A DNA stretch of 32,000 bases from Rhodobacter capsulatus SB 1003 (GTDB lineage: Bacteria > Pseudomonadota > Alphaproteobacteria > Rhodobacterales > Rhodobacteraceae), in assembly GCF_000021865.1 (NCBI RefSeq), contig NC_014034.1, forward strand, positions 1,590,001-1,622,000, written 5' to 3'. The notes under the pieces were generated by a model, which saw only the letters and a list, made by a program, of their open reading frames with translations, ran no database searches and had not been told where the DNA came from. A program made the position numbers and the translations under genes. Below, piece after piece: positions 9,344 to 18,076 of the stretch; within the stretch, counting starts at the first letter, position 1; every line of letters starts with the position of its first letter.

Positions 9344-9763
9344 ATGACAAAGATCGTGAAGCTGAAATCCGGCGCGGTGCTGGAGGACCAAAGCAGCTAT
9401 TCCCGTCTGGTCGCCGTGGGCGACTGGATCCAGGTCTCGAACACCGCCGGGCGCAATCCCGACACCAAGCTGATCCCCGAGGACGTGGCCGCGCAGACCC
9501 ATCAGGTCTTCGCCAATATCGCCCGCGCTTTGGCGGCGGTCGGCTCGGGTCTGGGCGACGTGATCGCCGCCCGCGTCTTCATTCAGGAGCCCGCCGACAC
9601 ACCCGCGGTGATGGCGATCTTCGCCGAGGTCTTTCGCGGCGTCGATCCGGCGCTGACCGTGACCTGCCCGCCCTTGGGCTCGACGGTCTACAAGGTGGAG
9701 ATCGAAGTGACCGCTTTCCGCGGCGCGGCGCAGGGCGCCGAAGTGATCCGGCTGGGGGTGTAA
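9344..9763 (+). CDS. RidA/YjgF-family (reactive enamine/imine deaminase-like) protein
   Basis: 139 aa. YSRLVAVGDWIQVSNTAG...AQTHQVFANIARALAAVGSGLGDVIAARVFI...VEIEVTA matches the Rid-family fold pattern. AGGAAA RBS upstream. Confidence 0.85.
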   Translation: MTKIVKLKSGAVLEDQSSYSRLVAVGDWIQVSNTAGRNPDTKLIPEDVAAQTHQVFANIARALAAVGSGLGDVIAARVFIQEPADTPAVMAIFAEVFRGVDPALTVTCPPLGSTVYKVEIEVTAFRGAAQGAEVIRLGV

Positions 9764-9766
9764 GCC

Positions 9767-11059
9767 ATGGAACCGCTTGCCAATCTTCCGCCCTCCACCG
9801 CCGACATTCCGGCGCAAACCACCGTCGTCGTGATCGGCGCGGGCATCGTGGGCTTGTCCGCCGCGCTGACGCTGATCGAGCGCGGCATCCCGGTGACGGT
9901 CCTTGAAAAGGGCCGCATCGGCGCCGAGCAATCGGGGCGCAATCTCGGCTGGGTGCGCAAGACCTCGCGCGCGCCCGCCGATGTGCCGCTGGCGCAGGCC
10001 GCCGACCGGCTTTGGGCCGAGATGCCCGGCCGGATCGGCGCCGATTGCGGCTATCGCGCGGCCGGGATCCTGTTCGTCACCCGCTCGCAAAAGCAGATGG
10101 GGATTTACGAGGACTGGCTGAAGGCGGTTTCGGCCCTTGATCTGGGCGCGCGCCTGCTTGCGCCCAAGGACATCGACCGGCTGGTGCCGGGCGGGCAGGG
10201 CGACTGGCTGGGGGGCGTGCACACGCCTTCGGACGGGCGGGCGGAGCCCTCGCTCGCCTGTGCCGCGCTGGCCCGGGCGGTGCTGGCGAAGGGCGGCCAG
10301 ATCGTCGAAAACTGTGCCGTGCGCAGCCTGTCGACGGCGGCGGGCAAGGTCTCTGGCGTCATCACGGAGCGCGGCGAGATCGGCTGCGAAAAGGTGATCC
10401 TGGCCGCCGGGCTCTGGTCGCGGCGGTTTCTGGGCAATCTTGGCATCTTCCTGCCGACACTGCCCTTGATCTGCTCGGTCCTGCGCACGGCGCCGATGGA
10501 GGGCCCCTGCCAGACCGCCGTGGGCGGGCCGGATTTCTCCTTCCGCAAGCGTCAGGACGGCGGCTTCACCATCACCCAGCGCGGCCGGCTTGATGCGCCG
10601 CTGACGCCCGATCATCTGCGGCTGGGGCTGCGCTACCTGCCGGTTCTGCGCGCACAAAAAGGCGCGACGCAGGTCGGATTGGGGCGTACCTTCCTGCATG
10701 AACTTCTGTCGGCAAGGCATTGGAAAGACGATCAGATCACGCCCTTCGAGCGCTGCCGGATCATGGACCCGGACGTCAACCCCGCCCTGAACGCCGAGGC
10801 GATGGCGGCGCTGCGCAAGGCCTGGCCCGTCTTTGATCAGGCCCGCATCGCGGCCGCCTGGGCGGGGATGATCGACGTCACCCCCGACAGCGATCCGGTG
10901 ATCGACACCGTCGCCGCGCTGCCCGGTCTGATCCTCGCCACCGGCTTTTCCGGCCATGGTTTCGGCACCGGCCCGGCGGCGGGGCATCTGGCGGCCGATC
11001 TGGCCACGGATCACGCGCCGATCGTCGATCCCGCGCCCTATCGGCTGGCGCGGTTCTGA
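9767..11059 (+). CDS. FAD-dependent oxidoreductase, DAO family (D-amino-acid / cyclic-amine dehydrogenase-like)
   Basis: 430 aa. N-terminal dinucleotide fold TTVVVIGAGIVGLSAALTLIERGIPVTVLEKG, then EQSGRNLGWVR, and C-terminal ATGFSGHGFGTGP. Starts 4 nt after the RidA stop. Confidence 0.85.
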   Translation: MEPLANLPPSTADIPAQTTVVVIGAGIVGLSAALTLIERGIPVTVLEKGRIGAEQSGRNLGWVRKTSRAPADVPLAQAADRLWAEMPGRIGADCGYRAAGILFVTRSQKQMGIYEDWLKAVSALDLGARLLAPKDIDRLVPGGQGDWLGGVHTPSDGRAEPSLACAALARAVLAKGGQIVENCAVRSLSTAAGKVSGVITERGEIGCEKVILAAGLWSRRFLGNLGIFLPTLPLICSVLRTAPMEGPCQTAVGGPDFSFRKRQDGGFTITQRGRLDAPLTPDHLRLGLRYLPVLRAQKGATQVGLGRTFLHELLSARHWKDDQITPFERCRIMDPDVNPALNAEAMAALRKAWPVFDQARIAAAWAGMIDVTPDSDPVIDTVAALPGLILATGFSGHGFGTGPAAGHLAADLATDHAPIVDPAPYRLARF

Positions 11060-11138
11060 TCCGGGGGGCCGTGAAAACCGCTGGCCAAAGGCCGGGTTTC
11101 ATGGTCCCCTGAGAGCCTCGCAACCCTGGGGGGAGTCG

Positions 11139-11702
11139 ATGCGCAGGCCGTTATCCCTTGTCCTCCTGCTCCTGCTCGGGCTCGGGCTGGGTGTGGCCCG
11201 GCCCGCCGAGGCCGCCGATATCGTGATCGAGGATTTCACCATGCATCCCGAAACCCGCTGGCGCTTTTTCACCGATGCCGTGATGGGCGGCGTCTCGACC
11301 GGGCGGCTGGAGATGGTCACGGGGGACGGCGCCCCGCATGCGCGGATGACCGGCCGGGTCAGCACCGAAAACAACGGCGGGTTCATCCAGATGCGGCTTG
11401 ATCTGGCCGCGCCGCCGCCCGCGGGCACGACCGGGCTGCGGCTGATCGTGCGCGGCAATGGCCAGCGCTATTTCGCGCATCTGCGCAATGGCGCGACGCT
11501 GATGCCCTGGCAATATTATCAGGCGCCCTTCGAGGTCACCCCCGACTGGGCCGAGATCCGGCTGCCCTTCACCGCCTTTCGCGCCTCGGGGCGGCTGATG
11601 CCGGGCACGCCCGCGGTGAAGAGCCTGCGCTCGGTCGGCGTCGTCGCCTATGGCCGCGCGCATGAGGCCGAGATCGAGGTCCGCGAGGTCGGTTTCTACT
11701 GA
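11139..11702 (+). CDS. CIA30-domain protein with N-terminal signal peptide
   Basis: MRRPLSLVLLLLLGLGLGVARPAEA/ADIV (signal peptide), then WRFFTDAVMGGVSTG...ENNGGFIQMR...GNGQRYFAHLRN, typical of the NADH:ubiquinone complex I intermediate-associated protein 30 fold. ATG at 11139 with a GGGGGA RBS. Confidence 0.75.
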   Translation: MRRPLSLVLLLLLGLGLGVARPAEAADIVIEDFTMHPETRWRFFTDAVMGGVSTGRLEMVTGDGAPHARMTGRVSTENNGGFIQMRLDLAAPPPAGTTGLRLIVRGNGQRYFAHLRNGATLMPWQYYQAPFEVTPDWAEIRLPFTAFRASGRLMPGTPAVKSLRSVGVVAYGRAHEAEIEVREVGFY

Positions 11703-11818
11703 CCCCCGGGCCCCGCGGCGGCTTGCGCGGAAAAAGCGTCCGGGCCGGGGCGGATTAGCCTTTCCTTCAGCGCTTGGCGTCATGCTGCGCCGGACCGCGG
11801 CTTTCGCAAAGGCCCCCG

Positions 11819-12643
11819 ATGACCGTTCTTCCCCGCTTTCTTGTCGCCTTTCTCTGCGCGCTTGGCCTGTTTTGGGCCGCGGCGGGACCCGGGATCGCCG
11901 CCGATCTTCCCTATGCGGGCGCCTGCGAGCTGACGCGCGCGGGCGGCGTCTACTATCGCGGCACCTGCGCCATTCAGCGCGCGCCGATCCCGCCGGACCC
12001 CGGCTGCCGCGGCGAGCTGATCTCGCTGCAGATCCCCGGTCGCGGCGGGGCCGATCTTCTGCGCGGCACCGGGCCGGGCTGCGGCTCCGATCTTCTGGGC
12101 AGCCCCGTCACCTTCATCGCCGAGGATGTCGAGGGCTGGCTGGTGATCACCACCGAGGCGGGCAAGATCCTGCGCATCGACCCCGGCCCGGACCCGCGCC
12201 TGCCCGCGCTGGATGACACCCTGGCCGGGATGGAGCGCTGCAGCCCCGCGCCGCCGCTGCGCGCCTTTCTGGACAGCCTGCGCGCGCGTTTCCCGCAGGC
12301 GCAAGCCGCGCCCGAGGGGCCGGTGCCCTCTGACGGGCTGCCGCTGCCCTGGCCGCCGGGCGGCTGGCTCGCCCCCGAACAGATCCGCGCCGAAAGGCGC
12401 GGCCCGATCCTGCGGATCGAGGTGCAGCTGGAGGGCAGCTTTCTGGGCCTGCCGCTCTCTCTTCTGCGCGTCAGCTTCGGGCCCGACGGTGCGGTTTTGG
12501 CGCAGGAACTGGTCTTTGCCCTTCCCCGCGCCCGGCTTGGCCGCGCCCGCGATCTGCCCGAGCGGCCGGACAAGGCCACGCCCGGCAGCCCCTTTCTGGC
12601 CCCGGGAGAGCCGGGCACGCTGGTCTGCCGCGCCCGCCCCTGA
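11819..12643 (+). CDS. Hypothetical exported protein (no family recognised)
   Basis: MTVLPRFLVAFLCALGLFWAAAGPGIA/ADL signal peptide. The mature N-terminus has several Cys (AGACE..GTCAIQ..PGCRGE..PGCGSD) and the C-terminal half is Pro/Gly/Leu-rich. High GC3. The start at 11819 was preferred over the track start 11774 because it places the signal peptide at the N-terminus. Confidence 0.55.
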   Translation: MTVLPRFLVAFLCALGLFWAAAGPGIAADLPYAGACELTRAGGVYYRGTCAIQRAPIPPDPGCRGELISLQIPGRGGADLLRGTGPGCGSDLLGSPVTFIAEDVEGWLVITTEAGKILRIDPGPDPRLPALDDTLAGMERCSPAPPLRAFLDSLRARFPQAQAAPEGPVPSDGLPLPWPPGGWLAPEQIRAERRGPILRIEVQLEGSFLGLPLSLLRVSFGPDGAVLAQELVFALPRARLGRARDLPERPDKATPGSPFLAPGEPGTLVCRARP

Positions 12644-12661
12644 GGCCGCTTGCCTCTTGAC

Positions 12662-12679
12662 CCCGCCGCCCGCGGCGGG
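12662..12679 (+). terminator. GC hairpin (7-bp stem, CCCG loop) just after the hypothetical exported-protein gene
   Basis: cccgccg-cccg-cggcggg read directly. It lacks a clear U-tract, so it is weak as an intrinsic terminator. Confidence 0.3.
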
Positions 12680-12780
12680 ATACTGGGCGGGCCGGGCGCG
12701 GAAACCGTGGCGCCACAGGCTTCGCGCAATTGTCGGGACGGTCCGATTGCAAATCGGGACGCCACGGGCGTCAACCTGCC

Positions 12781-13212
12781 ATGTTCACCTTTTCTGCACC
12801 GCTGCGGCGGCTGATCTATGTCCTCACCTTCGAAGCGGGGGCGATCGCGCTCTCGACGCTGCTGCTGACCCGGCTCAGCGCCGGTCCGGCGGCGGACTCG
12901 CTTCTTGTCTCCGTCCTTGTCACCGGCATCGCGCTGATCTGGAACCTGGTCTTCAACACCGGCTTCGAGGCGGCCGAACAGCGCTTCCGGCTGCGCCGCA
13001 GCCTTGCCCTGCGCGCGCTGCATGCGCTGGGCTTCGAGGGCGGGCTTTTCCTGTTCACCGTGCCGCTTTACATGGGCTTTTACGGCGTCAGCCCGGCCGA
13101 GGCCGTCGCGATGGAGGCGGCGCTGCTGATCTGCTTCCTGATCTATACCTTCCTGTTCACCTGGGGCTTCGACCGGGTCTTTCCGCCCCCGCCGCTGCCC
13201 GCCCGGGCCTGA
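12781..13212 (+). CDS. PACE-family (AceI-like, bacterial transmembrane pair domain) efflux transporter
   Basis: 143 aa with four TM helices in two tandem repeats. Each repeat begins with the family's R-x-x-h-a-x-x-F-E-type motif (RRLIYVLTFEAGAI and LRALHALGFEGGLF). ATG at 12781. Confidence 0.75.
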   Translation: MFTFSAPLRRLIYVLTFEAGAIALSTLLLTRLSAGPAADSLLVSVLVTGIALIWNLVFNTGFEAAEQRFRLRRSLALRALHALGFEGGLFLFTVPLYMGFYGVSPAEAVAMEAALLICFLIYTFLFTWGFDRVFPPPPLPARA

Positions 13213-13273
13213 TCCGAACTGACCCCCCAAACTGACCCGCTGGGCTGCCCGGCCCTTGTTTTCAAGGCTTGCG

Positions 13274-13302
13274 TTGACGCCCGCCTGCCTTCGCCTCTAA
13301 AT
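13274..13302 (+). promoter_or_regulatory. Candidate sigma70-type promoter upstream of murE (TTGACG, 16-17 nt spacer, TCTAAAT)
   Basis: Read directly: TTGACG at 13274-13279 and tCTAAAT at 13296-13302, about 30 nt upstream of the murE ATG. Motif match only. Confidence 0.3.
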
Positions 13303-13331
13303 GGCGCAGGAACTGAACAAGGACACAAGAT

Positions 13332-14816
13332 ATGGCCCTCACGGCGAAGCCTTTGAGTGCATTGGGGCTGACGGCCCGCCCGGGAAGCGACGTTGCGGTG
13401 ACGGGCCTTTCGGTGGACAGCCGCCTCGTCAAGCCCGGGCATCTGTTCGCGGCGCTGCCCGGCACCAGGGTTCATGGCGCAACCTTCGTGACGGCGGCGC
13501 TGGAACGCGGCGCGGGCGCGGTGTTGACCGACCGCGCGGGCGAGGACACCGCCCGGCAGGCGCTGGCGGGCGGCACCGTGCCGCTGCTTGTCGTGGAGGA
13601 TGCGCGGCTGGCGCTGTCCTGCGCGGCGGCGCTGTTCTTTGGCGCCCAGCCCGCGACGATGGTGGCGGTGACTGGCACGAACGGCAAGACCTCGGTTGCG
13701 ACCTTCACCCGGATGATCTGGCAGGCGCTTGGGCTTGATGCCGCGAACATCGGCACCACCGGGGTCGAGGGCGCCTTTGCCGCGCCCTCCAGCCACACCA
13801 CGCCCGAGCCGATCACCCTGCACCGCCTGCTGGCCGAAATGGCCGCGGCGGGCGTCACCCATGCGGCGATGGAGGCCAGTTCCCACGGGCTGGCGCAGCG
13901 GCGTCTGGATGGCGTGATGCTGAAAGCCGCCGCCTTCACCAATTTCACGCAAGACCATCTCGATTATCACGCCACCTTTGACGAGTATTTCGACGCCAAG
14001 GCCGGTCTTTTCAGCCGCGTCCTGCCCGAGGAGGGGACGGCGGTGATCAACACCGACGATCCGAAAGGGGCGGTTCTGGTCGAACGGGCGCGGGCGCGGG
14101 GGCAAAAGCTGATCCGGGTCGGGCAGGGCGACACCTGCGAGATCCAGCTGCAGGGGCAGCGTTTCGACGCCGCGGGGCAGGATGTCCGCTTCCTGTGGCA
14201 GGGCGGTCCGCAGATGGTGCGCCTGCCGCTGATCGGCGGCTTTCAGGCGATGAACGTGCTGACCGCGGCGGGGCTGGTGATCGCCTGCGGCGCCGAGCCG
14301 AAAGCCGTCTTCGAGGTCCTGCCGCAACTTGCAACCGTGCGCGGCCGGATGCAGCTGGCCGCGACGCGCACGAATGGCGCCACCGTCTTCGTCGATTACG
14401 CCCATACGCCCGATGCGGTCGAAACCGCGCTCCGGGCGCTGCGCCCGCATGTTCTGGGCCGCATCATCGCCATCGTCGGCGCCGGGGGGGATCGCGACCG
14501 CACGAAACGGCCGCTGATGGGCGCGGCCGCCGCCGCCCATGCCGATGCGGTCATCGTCACCGACGACAACCCCCGCACCGAGGACCCGGCCTTGATCCGC
14601 GCCGCCGTCATGGCGGGCGCCGGACCCGAGGCGACCGAGGTGGGCGACCGCGCCGAGGCGATCTTGCGCGGTGTCGATGCGCTGGGCCCGGGCGATGCGC
14701 TGTTGATCATGGGCAAGGGGCATGAACGCGGGCAGGTCATCGGCACCGATGTCTTCCCCTTTGACGATGCCGAACAGGCCTCGATCGCCGTGGCCGCCTT
14801 GGATGGGAAGATCTGA
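13332..14816 (+). CDS. murE: UDP-N-acetylmuramoyl-L-alanyl-D-glutamate--2,6-diaminopimelate ligase
   Basis: 494 aa. Mur-ligase P-loop VTGTNGKTS, then the ...DYHAT... region, the DNPR motif (TDDNPRTEDP) diagnostic of mDAP-adding MurE, and GKGHE near the C-terminus. Confidence 0.95.
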   Translation: MALTAKPLSALGLTARPGSDVAVTGLSVDSRLVKPGHLFAALPGTRVHGATFVTAALERGAGAVLTDRAGEDTARQALAGGTVPLLVVEDARLALSCAAALFFGAQPATMVAVTGTNGKTSVATFTRMIWQALGLDAANIGTTGVEGAFAAPSSHTTPEPITLHRLLAEMAAAGVTHAAMEASSHGLAQRRLDGVMLKAAAFTNFTQDHLDYHATFDEYFDAKAGLFSRVLPEEGTAVINTDDPKGAVLVERARARGQKLIRVGQGDTCEIQLQGQRFDAAGQDVRFLWQGGPQMVRLPLIGGFQAMNVLTAAGLVIACGAEPKAVFEVLPQLATVRGRMQLAATRTNGATVFVDYAHTPDAVETALRALRPHVLGRIIAIVGAGGDRDRTKRPLMGAAAAAHADAVIVTDDNPRTEDPALIRAAVMAGAGPEATEVGDRAEAILRGVDALGPGDALLIMGKGHERGQVIGTDVFPFDDAEQASIAVAALDGKI

Positions 14817-14817
14817 C

Positions 14818-16269
14818 ATGGCTGTTTTGTGGACCTCGATCGACGCGGCCGTCGCCACCGGGGGCCGCGCGACGCGGCCGTTCATGGCGACGGGGCTTTC
14901 GATCGACACCCGCTCGATCCGCCCGGGCGAAATGTTCGTGGCGCTGAAGGACGTGCGCGACGGCCATGATTTCGTCGCCGACGCGCTGAAAAAGGGCGCC
15001 GCCTGCGCGCTTGTGAGCCGCATTCCCGAGGGCTGTTCCGAGGAAGACCCGTTGCTGCTGGTGCCGGACGTGCTGAGGGCGCTGGAAGACCTGGGCCGGG
15101 CGGGCCGGGCGCGCGCGCGCGCGCAGGTGATCGCGGTGACGGGCTCGGTCGGCAAGACCTCGACCAAGGAGATGCTGCGCGCGGTTCTGTCGGCGCAGGG
15201 CCGCGTTCACGCCGCCGAGGCGTCCTTCAACAACCACTGGGGCGTGCCGATCACGCTGGCGCGGATGCCCGCCGAGGCCGATTTCGCGGTGATCGAGGTG
15301 GGAATGAACCACCCGGGGGAGATTTCGCCCTTGGTCAAGATGGCGCGACCCCATGCCGCGATGATCACCACGGTGGCCGCGGCGCATCTGGAGGCCTTCG
15401 AAACCCTCGACGACATCGCGCGCGAAAAGGCCGCGATCTTCGACGGGCTGGAGCCCGGCGGCACCGCCGTCGTGCCCACCGGACTGGAGAGCACGCCGAT
15501 CCTTCTGGCTGCGGCAAAGGCGCGCGCCGGGCAGGTGGTGACCTTTGGTCCCGCGCCCGGATCGGACTATCGGCTGGTCAGCGCAAAGATCGCGGGGGAT
15601 GCCACGATCGTGCAGGCCGAACAGGCCGGAAAGCCCATGCTTTTCAAGGTGATGACGCCAGGAAAACACTTTGCGAACAATGCCTTGGGGGTTCTTGCCC
15701 TGGCGCGGGCGGTGGGCGCCGATCCCGCCGTTGCGGCGCTCGACATCGGGCTTTGGGCGCCCCCCGCCGGGCGCGGCACGCGCGAGCGGATCTGGCTTGA
15801 CCTGATTGACGAAGCGCAAAGCTTCGATCTCTTCGACGATGCCTTCAACGCCAATCCCGCTTCGATGGAAGCGGGGCTCGAGGTGCTGGCCGGGCAGGTT
15901 CCGCGCGACGGGGTGGGGCGGGTCAAACGCGGCCGTCGGGTGGCCATTCTGGGCGACATGCTGGAGCTGGGCGCGGGGGAGGCGCGGCTTCATGCCGCGA
16001 TTGCCGAACTGCCCGCAATGGTATCGATAGACATCGTGCATCTGGCCGGACCGCGGATGCGGGCGCTTCACGAAGCGCTGCCGCGGGAGAAGCGGGGCGA
16101 ATGGGTCGAGACCGCCAGGGATCTGGCCGCCCGCGCGCCGCATCTGGTCGATGCAGGGGATGTGGTGCTGGTAAAAGGATCGAAAGGCTCGAAGGTTTCG
16201 CTCGTGGTTGACGCGCTCAGAAAACTCGGTCAGCCCGGCGCGGCAGAGGCCTTCAAGGGAAAAGAATAA
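14818..16269 (+). CDS. murF: UDP-N-acetylmuramoyl-tripeptide--D-alanyl-D-alanine ligase
   Basis: [16 protein letters not shown]...[13 protein letters not shown]...NNHWGVP...MNHPGEI...VKGSKGSK. The ATG at 14818 lies 1 nt after the murE TGA. The track ORF start at 14722 overlaps the murE 3' end and is not needed. Confidence 0.93.
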   Translation: MAVLWTSIDAAVATGGRATRPFMATGLSIDTRSIRPGEMFVALKDVRDGHDFVADALKKGAACALVSRIPEGCSEEDPLLLVPDVLRALEDLGRAGRARARAQVIAVTGSVGKTSTKEMLRAVLSAQGRVHAAEASFNNHWGVPITLARMPAEADFAVIEVGMNHPGEISPLVKMARPHAAMITTVAAAHLEAFETLDDIAREKAAIFDGLEPGGTAVVPTGLESTPILLAAAKARAGQVVTFGPAPGSDYRLVSAKIAGDATIVQAEQAGKPMLFKVMTPGKHFANNALGVLALARAVGADPAVAALDIGLWAPPAGRGTRERIWLDLIDEAQSFDLFDDAFNANPASMEAGLEVLAGQVPRDGVGRVKRGRRVAILGDMLELGAGEARLHAAIAELPAMVSIDIVHLAGPRMRALHEALPREKRGEWVETARDLAARAPHLVDAGDVVLVKGSKGSKVSLVVDALRKLGQPGAAEAFKGKE

Positions 16270-17351
16270 TGCTTTACTGGCTTGCGAACCTTTCGGACGG
16301 GGGCGATTTCTTCAACCTCTTCCGCTACATCACCTTCCGCGCCGGTGGGGCCTTCTTCACCGCGCTGATCTTCGGCTTCCTGTTCGGGCGGCCCCTGATC
16401 GACATGCTGCGCCGCAAGCAGGGCAAGGGCCAGCCGATCCGCAACGACGGCCCCGCCACCCATTTCGCCAAGGCGGGCACGCCGACGATGGGGGGCTTGC
16501 TGATCCTCTCGGCGCTCTTGTTCGCGACGCTGCTTTGGGCGCGGCTTGACAATGGCTATGTCTGGATCGTGCTGGGCGTCACCTATGGCTATGCCGCGAT
16601 CGGCTTTGCCGATGATTACGCCAAGGTGACGAAACAGAACGTCAAGGGCGTCTCGGGGCGCACGCGCATGGCGCTGGGCCTCGCGCTGGCGGCGCTGGCG
16701 GCGGTCTTTGCCGCGCTGATGCATCCGCCGGAACTGACCAACATGCTGGCGCTGCCGGTCTTCAAGGACGTGCTGATCAACCTTGGCATCTTCTTCGTGC
16801 CCTTCGCCATGTTCGTGATCGTCGGCGCCGCCAATGCGGTGAACCTGACCGACGGGCTGGACGGTCTGGCGATCATGCCGGTGATGATCGCGGCCGGAAC
16901 GCTGGGCGGCATCGCCTATGTGGTGGGCCGGGCCGACTTCACGCAATATCTGGGCGTCAATTTCGTGCCCGGCACCGGGGAGCTGTTCGTCTTCACGGCC
17001 GCGCTGATCGGCGGGGGCCTGGGCTTTCTGTGGTACAACGCCCCCCCCGCGGCGGTGTTCATGGGCGATACCGGCAGCCTTGCCCTTGGCGGCGCCCTGG
17101 GCGCCATCGCCGTCTGCACCAAACACGAGCTTGTTCTGGGCGTCGTCGGCGGGCTTTTCGTCGTCGAGGCGCTCTCGGTCATCATTCAGGTGGCTTACTT
17201 CAAGGCCACCGGCAAACGGGTGTTCCTGATGGCACCCATCCACCACCACTTCGAGAAGAAGGGCTGGGCCGAACCGCAGATCGTGATCCGCTTCTGGATC
17301 GTCTCGCTTGTTCTTGCGCTGATAGGCCTTGCCACGCTGAAGATCCGCTGA
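16269..17351 (+). CDS. mraY: Phospho-N-acetylmuramoyl-pentapeptide transferase
   Basis: 360 aa. [52 protein letters not shown] and APIHHHFE are canonical MraY motifs. The start overlaps the murF stop (TAATG). Confidence 0.96.
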   Translation: MLYWLANLSDGGDFFNLFRYITFRAGGAFFTALIFGFLFGRPLIDMLRRKQGKGQPIRNDGPATHFAKAGTPTMGGLLILSALLFATLLWARLDNGYVWIVLGVTYGYAAIGFADDYAKVTKQNVKGVSGRTRMALGLALAALAAVFAALMHPPELTNMLALPVFKDVLINLGIFFVPFAMFVIVGAANAVNLTDGLDGLAIMPVMIAAGTLGGIAYVVGRADFTQYLGVNFVPGTGELFVFTAALIGGGLGFLWYNAPPAAVFMGDTGSLALGGALGAIAVCTKHELVLGVVGGLFVVEALSVIIQVAYFKATGKRVFLMAPIHHHFEKKGWAEPQIVIRFWIVSLVLALIGLATLKIR

Positions 17352-17376
17352 CCCTTGAAAAGGAAGGAAGACCCGC

Positions 17377-17730
17377 ATGATCAAGAACTTCACGGACCCG
17401 CTGAAAGTCACGGCGCTGCTGCTGCCGTTCCTCGTGTTCTTTGCCGATCTGACCGGCATGAGCAATCTGACGCTGGGCTGGGGCCCGGTCTTTGCGCTGA
17501 CCGTCGGTACGCTGGCGCTGTGCAAGTTCCTCGACGTGATCGTCGGCGCCGATACCCGCCCGATGACCGCCGAACGCGCCCGCACCTCGGTCTGGGTGTT
17601 CCTCGCCCTGCTCAACATCGTCGCGCTGATCTTCGCGATGACCCAGCCGGGCCTGGCGCCGGTCGCCTTTGCGGGCGCGGTGGTGCTCTGCTTCGTCTCG
17701 ATCGCGGGCTATGCGCTGAAGAAGCGCTGA
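17377..17730 (+). CDS. Small (117 aa) four-helix membrane protein of unknown function, embedded between mraY and murD
   Basis: Strong RBS (AAGGAAGGAAG) 6-8 nt upstream of the ATG. High GC3 codon usage matches the neighbouring genes. Four hydrophobic segments, with a C-terminal KKR. No family recognised. Confidence 0.7.
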   Translation: MIKNFTDPLKVTALLLPFLVFFADLTGMSNLTLGWGPVFALTVGTLALCKFLDVIVGADTRPMTAERARTSVWVFLALLNIVALIFAMTQPGLAPVAFAGAVVLCFVSIAGYALKKR

Positions 17731-18076
17731 GAGGCTGACATCGGCGGGGGCGCCTGCGCCCCCGATGCGGCCGCCGGGCCTTGCCGCCCGGCAACCGATC
17801 CTGCCTTGCGGGCGCCGGATCGGGGCTGACGCCGCCACGCCCGCATTGTGGCCGCCGCGCCCCAGAACGCGCGCCCCGGCCCCTCAAGGATGGCGGCGGC
17901 CCGGGGAATGCGGGCGAGACCGGGCCGGACCGGCGCCTGTCTTCCGACCTTTTCCCAGCGGATCCCGCGACGGGGTGCGACGCCTTGCGGCGCCGCCCGA
18001 AAGGGGGGCTGCGCGCCCCCCTCTTGGGCCGCGCGGCGCGGGCCCAATTCACCCCCGCAGCTTACGGAGGTCGCAG

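Noticed and set aside
17765-18076. N-terminal extensions offered by the ORF track:
- murD from 17765
- aminotransferase from 3561
- permease from 6434
- CIA30 from 10956
- murF from 14722
- GFA from 20023
- folE2 to 28694
- metZ to 29929
- EF-G-like from 29984
   Set aside because: The extensions overlap upstream genes or intergenic repeats and translate to Arg/Pro-rich junk. In each case an internal ATG with a good Shine-Dalgarno sequence begins exactly where family similarity begins.
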